64,000 nt of DNA, taken from Plasmodiophora brassicae (lineage: Eukaryota). The stretch's first letter is position 1. Each line of letters starts with the position of its first letter. Made by a program: the position numbers and the translations under genes. Below, one piece after another: positions 1 through 12,600 of this stretch. The notes under the pieces were generated by a model. The model was given only the letters and a program-made list of their open reading frames with translations. It had not been told where the DNA came from and searched no databases. Location of the stretch: positions 1,116,001-1,180,000 of the forward strand of contig CP145415.1 of NCBI GenBank assembly GCA_036867785.1, written 5' to 3'.

Positions 1-185
1 GTGAATGCGAAGGCATTCCAGCGTCTGCACAACGTTACAGGTCCAGCCACAGGCGCGACCGCAAACGTTCCGTATCCGACCTGTGCGATCGAACTCGAAC
101 AGTCAATGTCGATCAGGGTGCGCTTGCCGGCGACCAGGTCTCCAACGACGGTCTCGGGCACTTCACGTAGCCAGGGCAGCGTCAT
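1..185 (-). CDS. 5' end of a gene running out of the window, possibly a CBS-domain protein
   Basis: ATG at 185, exon 185-81, 56-bp GT..AG intron (80-25), exon 24-1. Translation MTLPWLREVPETVVGDLVAGKRTLIDIDCSSSIAQ|TLECLRIH resembles the start of a CBS repeat. Confidence 0.4.
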   Translation of the reverse strand, partial: MTLPWLREVPETVVGDLVAGKRTLIDIDCSSSIAQVGYGTFAVAPVAGPVTLCRRWNAFAF

Positions 186-429
186 GTTCGCTCAACGGAC
201 TGCGCAGGCGACAATTCAATGGCGGCCTCAAAATCAAACAGAAATCACACGCGCGTAATCGCCGTTTACGCTTTCCAATTGACCAAAAGTGAATGTTTAC
301 CTGGTTTCCAACAGTACGTGCGACGAAGGGCTGGAGTTGTCATTCCCCCTGATTAGGACATGTGAGACGATCAGACCGTACGAGGCGGTCCTTTAATACG
401 CTATGAACAACAGTGTAGGACTGCATCGT

Positions 430-1178
430 TTAATCTGGTCTTCCTGTGCAGTATGCGCGATTGTACATTCCTGAGCACCCGGCTCTGCCACACACCTTGC
501 ACTGGCTCTTCGACTTCCTGGACCTTTTGGTACAATGATAGGCGACGAGGAAGATCTCGCAAGAGGGCGGGAGGGAGCGGCAGGAATTGCAAATGGTTGT
601 CCAACAATGGCTGGAACAGCATCGGTAGCCGCAACGATTGACGGCTGAGGTTGGCCGCAGGATCGATATGGGACGGGAGCGATCACCTGCGAATCAACCA
701 GAACCATATTCCGTGCTGGAGCAAAAGTGCTTGTTGCTGGCGCTGAAGGGTTTGAACACACATGATCCTCGGCAGTAGCCGGCATCGGGCGAGGAACATC
801 GACAGTAGACGGCATCGGGCAAGGATCCTCGACAGTAACCGGCATCGGGCGAGGCGTTAGTTGCTTGGGATCCGGGAAATGCTGCGACGCCGACGGCAAA
901 CGATTTGCGAGACTGACAGGGCGCGTACGATCTCTTCCACTAGCCGACGCCGATCGCTGGCCGTTCTTTTTCTTCCAGAGGGTGTAGTACCGCTGCAAAT
1001 GGTCCTTGGACTTTCGGAAAACATTTAAACCGTTAGCCTAGCTTACCTCCAAATACTTGGAGGCTTGCATCCAGATCGGCGCCGTGACAAAGAATGGCCT
1101 CGTCAAAGAGAGCAGCCTCTCCCGGACTGTGGATCGGCATGACTGGAATCGGTAACTGAGGCCTCTTCGCCAAGAATG
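430..1178 (-). pseudogene. Frameshifted C-terminal fragment of a transposon-like protein
   Basis: Blocks in different frames: SFLAKRPQLPIPVMPIHSPGEAALF; ANGLNVFRKSKDHLQRYYTLWKKKN; a Pro-rich linker; KSKSQCKVCGRAGCSGMYNRAYCTGRPD*. They are separated by frameshifts and a TAG. Confidence 0.55.
765..854. repeat. 30-bp tandem repeat x3
   Basis: atcctcggcagtagccggcatcgggcgagg / aacatcgacagtagacggcatcgggcaagg / atcctcgacagtaaccggcatcgggcgagg; encodes PRPMP(V/S/A)T(V/A)(E/D) on the minus strand. Confidence 0.9.
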
Positions 1179-1722
1179 AAAGGTCCAGGAAGTCGAAAAG
1201 CCAGTGAAAGGTGTGTGGTAGAGCCGGGTGGGTGCTCAGGAATGTACAATCGCGCATACTGCACAGGAAGACCAGATTAAACGATGCAGTCCTACACTGT
1301 AGCGTATTAAAGGATCGCCTCGTACGGTCTGATCGTCTCACATGTCCTAATCATGGGGAACGACAACTCCAGCCCTTCGTATTCAACTGTGACTGCGGAC
1401 CTCGCTCACGCACTGCGTGAGAGCGCGACCTCGGCTGAAAACGGCAAACCTTATCTTCACATAAACCATTGGTACATCCTGACGCGGCATACCGCTGCAG
1501 CAGCCGGGGACTTGGAGAACACGGCAGAACCCTCGGCTTGCAAACCCTGCCCTGCAGCGGACGCGGGTCTGGGCGACGACCGAGGGCGGGCGACGACAGT
1601 AAGGGACAAAACTGCGTCACTGCGGGTGCAGAGTGAGCGCGCCGTGGCTGCTGGCTGGGGGTTGCGCGCCGCCGTCGGATTCGTCGGTGCGAGAGCGGTA
1701 TTTTGGTTCCCGCCGGTTGCGG

Positions 1723-1747
1723 CACACACACACACACACACACACAC
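1723..1747. repeat. (CA)12 microsatellite
   Basis: Perfect CA run just upstream of the kinesin ATG. Confidence 0.95.
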
Positions 1748-1780
1748 CGTGCCTTGTCGTGGGATCGGGGCCGCCAGACC

Positions 1781-3203
1781 ATGTCGGACGCACGCGAAGA
1801 GGGTGCTGCCGTCAAGCAGGAGAAGCACGCGCCGTACCTGGCGGCGACGATGCAGCGCGCGAAGACATTCCTTGGCCTGATCCGGGATGTCCAAGGGTCC
1901 ATCGACCCGCCCGGTCGGTCGTCGCACAATTTCGCGAAGCGCGACACGCTCGTCGTTGCTCGTGTCCGGCCCCGGCTGCAACGGGAAATCGACGCTGGCC
2001 TGTTTTGTGTCTGCTTGCCGCAGCAATCCCCGAAGGATCGTGTGGTTCGCGTATGCCAGCCGAAGTTCGACCTGCGCCGGCAGCCATCCATCACCGTCCA
2101 GTCGTTCGACGTGGATCTGGCGCTGGACGAAACCGCCTCGACTGATGACGTGTACGACCAAACCTGTGCTGCCGTTGTGAAATATGCGCTGGACGAGGGC
2201 ATCGGAACGGTGCTGTCATATGGACAGACGGGATCCGGGAAGACGTTCACGATGATGGGTGTCAAGAAACGTGCGGCCAGGGACATATTCGCCGGATGCG
2301 GTGATCGCCCGATCGCGCTGTCATTCCTTGAAATTTACGGCAAGCGATGCACGGATCTGCTATCGGAAGGTGTCGTCCAGATTCGGGAGGACTTCCATGG
2401 CGATGTTCATATTACGGGGCTCACGGAGCACCCGGTTGCCGATGTCGACGCCTTGCTGGCGCTGATCGATGAAGGCGAGCGGAGGCGCATGCGGGCGAGC
2501 ACGCAGAAGAACGATTGCAGTAGCCGAGCGCATACGGTCTGTCGTGTTCGCGTTGGAAAGTCTGGCGTCTTGTACCTGTGCGACCTGGCCGGCAGCGAAC
2601 GCAACCAGGACTCCAGTGCGCATAACAGAGAACGCACGGACGAGATGAAAATGATCAATGCGTCGTTGATGACGCTGAAGGAGTGCATCCGGGCTCGAGA
2701 TGGCGGCGACAAGACAGCGCACGTCCCGTTCCGTCGGTCTCCATTGACGTTCTTGTTGAAGGACGTGTTCGCCATTGAGTCGAACAGCGTCAACAAGACG
2801 ACGGTAATCGTGACAGTATCGCCGACGGTTGCCGATTATCACCATTCTGTCTCGACGTTACGTTACGCGTCGTCCATGGCCTCGTCTATCCGCAAGCAGA
2901 ATGTCAGAAAGCTGGATCCGCGTTCTCCGAATTCCTGGTCCCACGAACAGGCGTGCCAGGAGATCGAGAAGCGCTCGCGGGGCAAGGTCTCCGGCAGTCG
3001 TTTGCTGAAGGGCGGCGAGAACGGTCTAGCCATGATGCGCATGCCCGAAGCGACGTTCATCAAAAGGTATGGTTTGCCGATGGATGCTGTTCAGCAATCA
3101 GGCCTAACGGTGCGGACGCAGATGTGTTAGCTCTACGTGCAGCGACAAGTTTGCGAAGCATCTCTACCAGCAACTCTGGAAGGCCTGCATTGATTATCGG
3201 TAG
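1781..3203 (+). CDS. Kinesin motor protein, kinesin-13-like
   Basis: YGQTGSGKT P-loop, SFLEIY, SSRAH (switch I), DLAGSE (switch II), HVPFRRSPLT and STLRYA. One intron at ~3067-3121; the last exon ends KACIDYR*. Confidence 0.92.
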
Positions 3204-3648
3204 ACTGGCACAATTCCCCGTCATTGAACCACGACACGAGCCGTTTATGAGCCCGCAGCGCAACAGTTTAATTTGTATAAGGTTCCCGATTGATACATTA
3301 GGACTGGACAGCACTCTTGGCGACCTCGTCCTCCAGTGGCGTTTGCTCCATTAGGGCAGCGTATGGTATTGCCGGTCTACCCTACCCATAGACTGCCTTT
3401 CATTAGCAGATGACCTTCTAGGTAGCCAACCATGTCTACCGTGCCTACCGGCGACCCCCGCATGGGTGCCTCGTACAGCAGGGATAGTGTGGGGTACTTT
3501 ACCGAACACTGTGACGCCCGTCCATCGATCGCCGTGCCGCTAATACTCGTTACCGACATGCTTAACAATATGGACGCCCATGCGATCGGAGGGGTACGGC
3601 TGCTCACTCTGTGTTCTGCGTTGACGCGCCGACGAGCCCGCCGTCGTC

Positions 3649-6600
3649 ATGACGACCTTCATGGTCGTGCCCATTGGTGTGGCCCTTCTGGCCGCCGCCT
3701 GCAGGTTGGGACCCGTCACGTCGTCCTTCCTTCCCTATGCTAACGGTTGCTCCTGATGCTCGTTCAGCGGCCAGGCGCTGATGCCCGGTGTGGTCCTGCC
3801 GGGTGACGTGAGCACGATCGCGCTCAGCGGGAGCGGCTCGGGGACACTGAGCCCGTTCACGTCGTACTACCTGCCGAACACGCAGCAGGGCTGGTTACTG
3901 GATGCGTCCAGTGTGCCGGGCGCCACAGGTATCTCCCTCGAGATCGACACGTTCTCCATCCAGGATACGTCCGGTTGCTCCGCGTCCTACGTCGACATCA
4001 TCTACCTGGACAAGACATCTTGCAGCGGCAACGCGAGCGGCACGTGGACGTTCGAGAGTGCGGGCGTGCACCTGTGCGGCGACGGCGGCACCTTACACGA
4101 CGCATCCGGCGCGATATACTCGCTGGGTGGCCAGTGGAACGCCTACGCTCTCAAGGTCATGATTGTCATGACGACCGGGCCTCTCTCGTACCCAGGGTAC
4201 GGGTTCAAGATCCAGTACAGCGTCGTCACGACAGCAGCAACCACAACGTTCCCTTGCGACTACTCGTCGTATGCCATGCCAAGCACGGCGTGGACGCCAC
4301 CGCCGACGGCGGCACCTACCGGTCCATCTGTCTCCTATGGGCTCACCGTCCCATCGACGCCAACGCATACGTTGACGGGCATGTCTGGGAGCATCTCTCA
4401 CCTGAACTATGCGCCCAACGAGGCCGTTAGCTGGCTGATCCAGGTGCCGACCGGTACCGGCTTCGCGTACCCGGCGATCCAGCTGTCGTTCAACGGCACG
4501 TTCGATATCGAGGACCCGAGCGCAAGCTACGTCTGTTTCGACTGGGTCGAGGTTCTCTACCTGCTGAATTGCCCAGCGGACACGACGAACCCGTACGGGA
4601 TCTGGTCGCTCGGGACGCAGGTCTGCGGCAGGAACGGCGTCATCCAGGGGGCGGGCATCGGGAAGACCACCCAGCGCGTGTTCACTGCACCAGAGACTGG
4701 CAGCGTCATGATCGAGTTCAGCTCGGACGCCAGCAACAACTACGGCGGGTTCCAGGTCTGGTGGCAGGTCGTCGACCTGGGTACGAACCCATGCTGGGCC
4801 AGTTCCTTGTCGCCAACGCCGCCACCCACATCAAGCCAGTCTGCATCGTCGTCGTCGTCGACAGGATGCCGCCAGCTGACCGCCAGCGAGCTATCGCTGC
4901 TCCAGTCGGTGACATCCACGCCCGGTGTCGACGCGGGCAACATCGCCAAGTCATCTGCGTCGACAGCGGACAGCTGGTGGAAGATCACGACCGCGTCGTC
5001 CGGCGTCTCGGGATCGGTCACCATCAACCTCCTCGATCTCGGCCTGCAGTCCTCCTCGCCATACTGCTTATCCGACCAATCGTTCCAGGTCGGGTACCTC
5101 GATTCGCAGTCGCGCTTCTGTCCCAGCAGCACCCTGCTATGCGGTACGTTGCGCTGTGGATCCTCGTGGCATTGTGTCGGCCCCTGACGACTGTGCGGCA
5201 CCCCCAGGGTCCACCGCGCTGTACGGCGTGTATTACGATGCATCGGGCAAGTCGTACGGGACGTCGGCGACATGGTCGACGCCGGGGTCCAACATCGTCG
5301 TGCACTGGGAGTCGACGCTGTTCACGAACGGGTTGTCGTACACGTACCAGTTCTCGCCGTTGCCGATGTACCCGTCGGGTGCGAACCTGATCACCCGGAC
5401 GGGCACGTCGATGACCATCGACCTGCAGAACGACTTTGGGAGCAAGCCCACGGTTTGGTCGAACGGTAACCAGGTCGGGTGGTTGCTGCAGGCACCGACG
5501 TTGCTGTCGAAGAACCCCACGTTCCGACTCCTGGTGAACTCGATCGACCTCTCGACGACCGGCCCCGCCTGCTACAACTACGCCAGCACGATCTCGATGT
5601 ACACGACCAAGATCTCGGCGACGCAATGGGGCGGCCAGATGTTGCTGTGTGGGCAGGCCAGCACGGGCGGCCAGTACTTCTACACCGATTCGGCGCTGCA
5701 GATCGCACTTGGCGATGCTCTGCTCAGTTCCACACAGTCGTCGTCGTTCCTGGTCGTCTTCACCTATGGCCTATTCGACGCGCCGAACACGCCGAAGGGG
5801 TTCACGGCCACCTTGGACATTGTCCTGCCCGTCATGCGCGCGCTGTACCCGAACCTGAACTCTACGTTAAACGCGCCGACCAACACGAACTCGACGTTCT
5901 CGATGCCGTTCACTCCGTTCCAGTCGTGCTCGACGTGCTCGTCGGACACGTCGGTCTGGACCTGGAACATTACGTCGGCGTTGCCAGCGTACGCCAGGTT
6001 CGCAGTGGACACGAAGCTGTCGACGTACTCCCTGGTAGTGATGCCGCCCGGGAATGTGCCGCCTAACACCCGCACCACCATTGTCTTCCAAGCCTGTAAT
6101 GAGTTCCAGATGTGTGCAACGGTCAACGGGATCCTGAACGTGATCACGCTCGCCACCGCTGATGCGACGTCGACGCTGACCTGCACATCGAACACGATCA
6201 CGGTGGTGGACCCAAAGCATCCTCCCCCGTTGCAGTGCACGTTCACGGCTCAGCATGCCGGATCGGGCGTCATGACATCCCTCAGCGCGTTATCGTTCAG
6301 CGTGTCCGGGGTCGGGTTCGTGTCCCCGGCCCAAGGCGACCTCAGCAGCGTATAGCGAGCTCTGCGCCCGCTCGTATCGGTGCGCCTGTTCTGACTTGTT
6401 TCGGCAGGCTTATGGGCACTTGATCACGTTCACGTTCGTGACGGGACAGACGGGAGGGCGGTCCGTCATTCGCGAGGCGACCACCGGCGCGTCGTTCACT
6501 GTGCAGGCCTTCAAGGACCCGGATTCCACAATGACCGTGTCCTGCAACCCGAGTGTCCTCAGTGTTAACCAGGCACGCAGTCGTCGCCGATGCTCGTTCG

Positions 6601-9600
6601 GCAGGGAACAACTGACGCGCTCGTGCACAGCCGACGACCTGTACGGTTACCCCGAAGTACTCGAAGAAGGCAGTTCTGATGGAAACCAAACCGAACTCGC
6701 CGGGTATGCACGCCCTCAGCATTTCCATTGCGGTTAGTAGGCTCCTATACACGCCCGGCACTGGAACTGCCCCTGACGAATAACGTGTAGGCCCTGCCGA
6801 ACTATAACGTCATCCGAACCTTATCGTACCCGATCGACACGATCGCGTCATCGTTCTTGCTCAACGTCACCGGAGGGTTCGCCGTCAGCAACGCCTTGCT
6901 GGCGACCGCCATTGTGCGCACCGACACCGGCAACATCACGAGCGCGACGCCGGCCAAGATTTTCGTCGTCAGCCAGCCCGACACGACGTCGACGTTGCAG
7001 TGCTACCCGAACGCCCAATTGGGCACCGTCGTCACCGTCATGCCCGCCGGCGGCACCCTGACCTGCCTGGTGACGCCCATGAAAGCCAACGTCACCGTCC
7101 CCGGCCAGTCGGCGCAGTTCAAGGTGCGCATTCCTGTCGAAGGGATCGTGTAACGCGCCCCCGCAGTCGCTGACTGCTGCCGCGCAGGTGCAGATCTCCC
7201 GTGGCCTGCAGCGCGCATCGATCGGCAATTTCACAGCCGACAGCGCGGGACGGTCGCTGCCGATCACGCTGACGGCGGCGCCGGCCGCGAATGGCACCGT
7301 GGCGCTGGACCTGCTGGTGGGTCCTCTGGCGCATCGCGTCATCTGGCCGCCGGTGACGATCGCCGTCCTACCGGGGCCGTTCGCCACCCGGTTGACCTGC
7401 GATACGATCATCAACCTGTGGGCCGACGCGCTGTGCACGGTGCGGACGTACGGGAGGGACGGTGCGGCGCTCCCCGTCCTCGGAGCGTCGCTGACGGTCA
7501 CGACGAACCAGCGCCTGGTGACGATTCGCCAATTCCAGACCGTCGATGGCAACCCGAGCAAGTACACGCTGGCGTCGTTCTTCATGTTCTCGGTGGCGAC
7601 GCAGAACCTGACGTCGTCGGCCAGCATCATCGTCAGCGACGGGTACTCGAAGGCGACGATCTACGTGGTCAACACACCCGACCTGACGTCCGTCATCTCC
7701 TGCAACCCGACGTACGTGTCCGTCGGCCAGTCGCTGTCCTGCTCGATCACGCCCAACTACGGCGGGTTGAGCATCTACGCTCGTGCCAACTCGCTGGCCG
7801 TCTCCGCGTCTCGCGGCACCTTGTCGCAAGTGACGGTCAGCAGCGGCGATGTCGCCGGCAAATTGTTCCAGGTGTCGTTCACCTCCACGAAACCGGGCAC
7901 GACGACACTGCTTTCGCCCGGCACCGTCACACTAACGCTGTACAGCAATTTCCCACCGTACACGACGATCATGACCGTCACTGTCGTCGTCATCGACACG
8001 CCTGGACCTGCATCGATTCTCTCGTGCGCGTCGACGACGACGGTGGCGTTCGCTCCCCTGCTGTGCACGATCACGCCGTACGACCTCCTGTCGAAGCCGA
8101 CGTACGCGGCCGCCACCCAGTTCCTGCCGTACATCGACCCGGACCCAGTCAGCGGCGAGCGGGCAACGCTGGCGACCATCAGCCAGGTGCAACCGCCGGC
8201 GTCGAACGTCCTCTCGTTCTACGTCACGCCGAACCGCGCCTGGACGACGATAACGGTGCGGATTCCAATCGCGCCAGCGTCATACGTGACGATCAGCTCG
8301 ACGGGATCCGCCGCCTCCTTCTCCTGGTCGAATTACATCAGCGGGTACTGGCCGGGCGACCCGCCGTTAACCATGCTGGCGCGTTCGTACACGGATGCGA
8401 CTGTCGCGACGCCAACAACGATGAATGCCGGAGCGAGCGCGGGCGCGTCCGGTATCCTTCAAACGGCGTCGTTGCGTTCCATGGCGTGCACGTGGTACGC
8501 GTGCTCGGCGGTCACATCGGGCGGGATCCTGTACACGTTCGGCGACATGACGAAGGACATGATGCAGGTGTACACGGCCAGCAGTCGTGCACAGGCGCTC
8601 GGCAGGCAGACGTCGTCCCCGACCGTCCCCGGTGTCCCGTCTGGGCTGAGCTCGCTGGCGTTCAAGGCCGTTGGTGCGGCGGGCAACGGCGACTGGGACA
8701 TTGTGTACGGCGTGTCGACGGTGACGTCGTACGCGTTGACGGTGGGCGGCGCCCTCTACCATTGGGGGACCGCGCCAGATGGGACCGCCGTCCCCGTGCC
8801 TCAGGTCGTGCCGGACTCGAAAGGGTTGTCGTGCGGGACGACGCCGGCAACGGTGACAGCCATCAGCGGCGCGTCGCAAGGGTTCATGTTCGCGACGCAG
8901 TGCCAGGTCTTCGCCATCTCGTCATCGGAACTGCTGCCGACCGGCAGGCCAGGGTCGACGTCGTCGTTCCGGGCGATGAGCGGCATCGCTGCCGGTGACT
9001 TGGCCCTGGGCGTCACGAAGCTGCTGATGACGACCTGGTATGGCGTCATCGTCCTCGGCGGCACCAAGGTGTACTCGTTCGGCAACGGCCTGTCGGACAC
9101 CGACCTGCCATCCGGTGACACGTCGGTGGCGCCGTACACGTTGCCGTCTGGGTTGCTCCGCGCCGGCGTCACCATTGTCGACGTGCAGGGCAACGACTAC
9201 GTCCTGCTGATGCTGACCAGCGATGGGAACGTGCACCAGCTGTCGCTGGTGGTGACCGAGAACGAGTTCTCGCCAGGCACGGTGGCCGCTACGCCGACCT
9301 GGCAGACGCTGTCGACGTTCGGGACGTCGGCGGACCTCTTCGTGGAGGCGATCTCGGTGAGCCCGACGACGACATTGGGCTCGTGGTCGTACGAGTCGGT
9401 GGCGCTGGCCGCGACCGCCAACGGCAACCTGTTCTCGTGGTACCCGTCGTCGGAGTCGCCAGCGATCCTGTCGACAACGTCCCCGGACCTGGCCGGCATG
9501 ACCGGCAGGTTCGTCTACAGCGGCGAGTACATCAAGGTCATGTCGGCGACGCCGACGTCGGTCCTCGTGGACGCGTCGCGACCGGACACGAACGCGGAGT

Positions 9601-12600
9601 GTGGCGTGACGTCGTTGACGTGCGGGTCGCTGGTGCTGGCCGTCACCCGGTTCACGCAAGTCGGCACCGTGTTCACGCTGGCCGCCGGCACCTACAACGT
9701 GTCGCAAACGCTGGCCATCGCCGCCGACGGCATCCAGGTCCGGTCCTCGTCGTCGGCAACGATCTCCTGCGCGTCGCTGTCGTCCTCGTCGCCCTGCATG
9801 CACCTGTCGGGGAAGTCGTTCGGCATGCAGGGCGTGACGGTGCGCGACGCGAACAGCACCGATGGGGCGGTCTACGTCGCCCAATCGACGTATGCGACGT
9901 TCACCGGCGTGACGTTCGTGGCGAACCGAGGTGACGGTGGGGGTGCAATCAACGCCGACCAGTCCAGCGTTGTCGTCGTCGTGCGATGCACGTTCCTGGG
10001 CAACAAGGCCACCGGGGACGGCGGTGCGATCATCGGGGCGCCCAACTCGAAACTGTCGGTGATGTCGTCGACGTTCCAGGCGAACGCTGCCGTCGGCAAC
10101 GGCGGTGCTATTGCTAGCGATGCGGCAGAGGTGACGATCGTGTCGACGACGTTCACGTCGAACACGGCGGGCGCGTCCGGTGCGGCCATCTCCGCCATAT
10201 CGTCGTCGGACGTGACAGCAACGGGCATTGTCGCCACCGGGAACGTTGCCGGCGGAACAGGAGGTGCCATCTCCCTGGTCGAAAGCTCGTTGACGCTGAA
10301 ATCGTCGACATTGTCCTCGAACGCCGCCGGGCAGACGGGCGGTGCGGTTAACCTGGAGCTGGGCGGACTCGCTATCCAAGGGACGACGCTGACAGGGAAC
10401 GTGGCCGGCGTTTCTGGCGGTGCCATCTACTGCATCACGATCGACGCGGTCACGATCACGTCGTCGACGCTGACGGGGAACTCGGCTACGTCGACAGGCG
10501 GTGGCGCGCTGTACGCCACGTTCAGCTCGCCGGTCATCACGTCGTCCACGCTGGCATCGAATAAGGCACCGGTCGGCGGCGCCGTCTTCGTCAGCATCAA
10601 CGCGACGCTAACCCTTGCCAACACGGTCGTTCGGTCGAACAATGCGACCAGCTCGTTGGACGGCGGCGGTGGTGGCGTGTCGTTCCGACAGGCGCAGGGA
10701 GCGACCTTCTCCAACGTCCAGTTCATTGGGAATGTCGCGCAGCAACGCGGTGGCGCCGTCGAGTTTCAGGGCACCGGGTACTCGTTCGCGTTCACGAACG
10801 TGACGGTGTCGCGCTGTGCGGCGCCCAGCGGTGGTGGTTTCTGGTACGACTTGCAGGCGCCACCGTCCCCAGGATGGGTGTTCGCCAACGACAACGCGGC
10901 CAAGGCTGGGCCGAACCGCGCGTCCCTCGCGAAGTCGCTGGCCTGGACAGTGCTACTCCCGGCCGGGTACCTGCCCGACTCCCAAGTGCCTTTCGCAAGA
11001 AACCTGCAAATCAGCCTCCTGGACGCGTACGGCCAGGTCGTCGCCGTTGACAACTCCACGATTGTGTCGATCACCGCCCCGGGCGGCGTCGGCGTCGATG
11101 CCGCGGAAGTAACGCTGTCGCAAGGCCAGTACCTGTACAGCCCGTCGTCCAGCACGATCGCGCTGACGCTGCGCCCGAACGCCACCACCACGTTCCAGGC
11201 GGTCGCCTTCGTTGCCAACGTTGGTGTCCTGCGGTCACCATGGTACCCGGTCACGTTCCGCTCGTGCGCTCCCGGTGAATTCATCAACGGCGGCCTGAGG
11301 TGCTCCCTATGGTAAGAAACGCCGTTGCGTGCGCACATTCTATTTTCGGTGGTTGCTGACAGCGCATTTGCTGACAGCGAACCCGGAATGTTCAGCCTGG
11401 CACCGGTAAGCCGGATCGACGGGAATGCCGACCGTATGCTGAATGGCAGAACGTTTCAGATGAGTACCGAGTGTACAATGTGCCCAGCGGGAACGCAGAA
11501 ACCATTGCGAGGGAATTCGTCATGTACAGCTTGCCCCCCGGGATCCTACTCGCAGATGGGCTCGCCGACCTGTCACCTGTGTGATGTGAATAACTACCAG
11601 CCGTACTCGGGCATGTCGTCCTGCTACCCGTGCTGGCCCAACTGCTACTACCAGAAGACGTCCAACTGGACGGGCATGACGAGCTGCATGTGCTCGACCG
11701 GCTGGGTCCAGGAGGACAACCCGACCTACCCAGGTGAGTGATGCTGTGCCAGGTATAGGCCATGGCAAGGTTGTGACGTATGAAATTTGGTCAGGGACGC
11801 CGTCAAACGACGCTTTGAACCAGCCGTATCGATGCGTTAAATGCCCATCGGGTGGTGATTGTTCGACGGTGATCGGACGATCGTTCGCCACTGTGCAACC
11901 GCTGGACAACTACCAAGCTGAGGCCAGCGGTCTGAACCGCAGCTTTATCGCCTGTGAAACGACCGGCGTTTGTGGTGCGGGCATGCCTCGTGGCCGATGC
12001 TTGTCAGACCCTGGTACTGTCGGACCGTACTATTGGACGACACCTTCCTAACTTCTGGCTGCGACAGCGACGGGCTACCAGGCCTACGAGGGCAACCTGT
12101 GCACGGAGTGTGCTCCTGGGTTCGGCCGCAACGGCGATTACGGGTGCAATAAGTGCCCAGACGCGGCACAGGTCTGCCGTGCAGGCGTTGTTTGCGTTTC
12201 TCAACCCCAGACTGACTGGAACGCTGTCCCCAGAATCGGGCGTACTTGAGCGCAGCGTTTTTCGCATACGTCATCTTCATGATGGTGACGGTGCAGTCGA
12301 CCATGGCGGCGTCGGCGCAGCCCAAGGCCCTCCACAGCATCCTGATCAAAATCATCATGAATTCAATCCAGTTCAACGCCTTGGCCGTCTCGTTCAAGTA
12401 CAACTGGCCGAGCTCTGTTGCCGGCGTCTTACAGACGCAGAGAAAGGTCGGTTAATCGGCATCGAAGGCGACACCACGTGAATCTCACATGTTATCACGC
12501 TAGGCATCGTCGGTTGGCACGTCGCTGATCTCCGTCGACTGCTTCATGACCGACCAGACCACAATGAGGGCATTCTACGTCCAGTGTCTTTTGTTCCTGT

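Larger units (their letters stand above)
323..1380. repeat. Long inverted repeat (arms 323-527 and 1179-1380) with ~650 bp spacer; foldback or non-autonomous element-like
   Basis: The reverse complement of 323-527 aligns to 1179-1380 (e.g. acgaagggctggagttgtc..gattaggacatgtgagacgatcagaccgtacgagg) with a few substitutions, one ~7-bp indel and one 4-bp indel. Confidence 0.92.

Noticed and set aside
3350-3610. Recurrent TACC(G/C) words and a weak possible terminal inverted repeat
   Set aside because: Matches are too short and irregular, with no TSD; cannot be supported as a MITE.
7418-10379. Long Arg-rich alternative-frame and antisense ORFs (e.g. 7418-8998, 8922-10379; also 62402-63688)
   Set aside because: Shadow ORFs caused by high GC3 codon bias in real genes.
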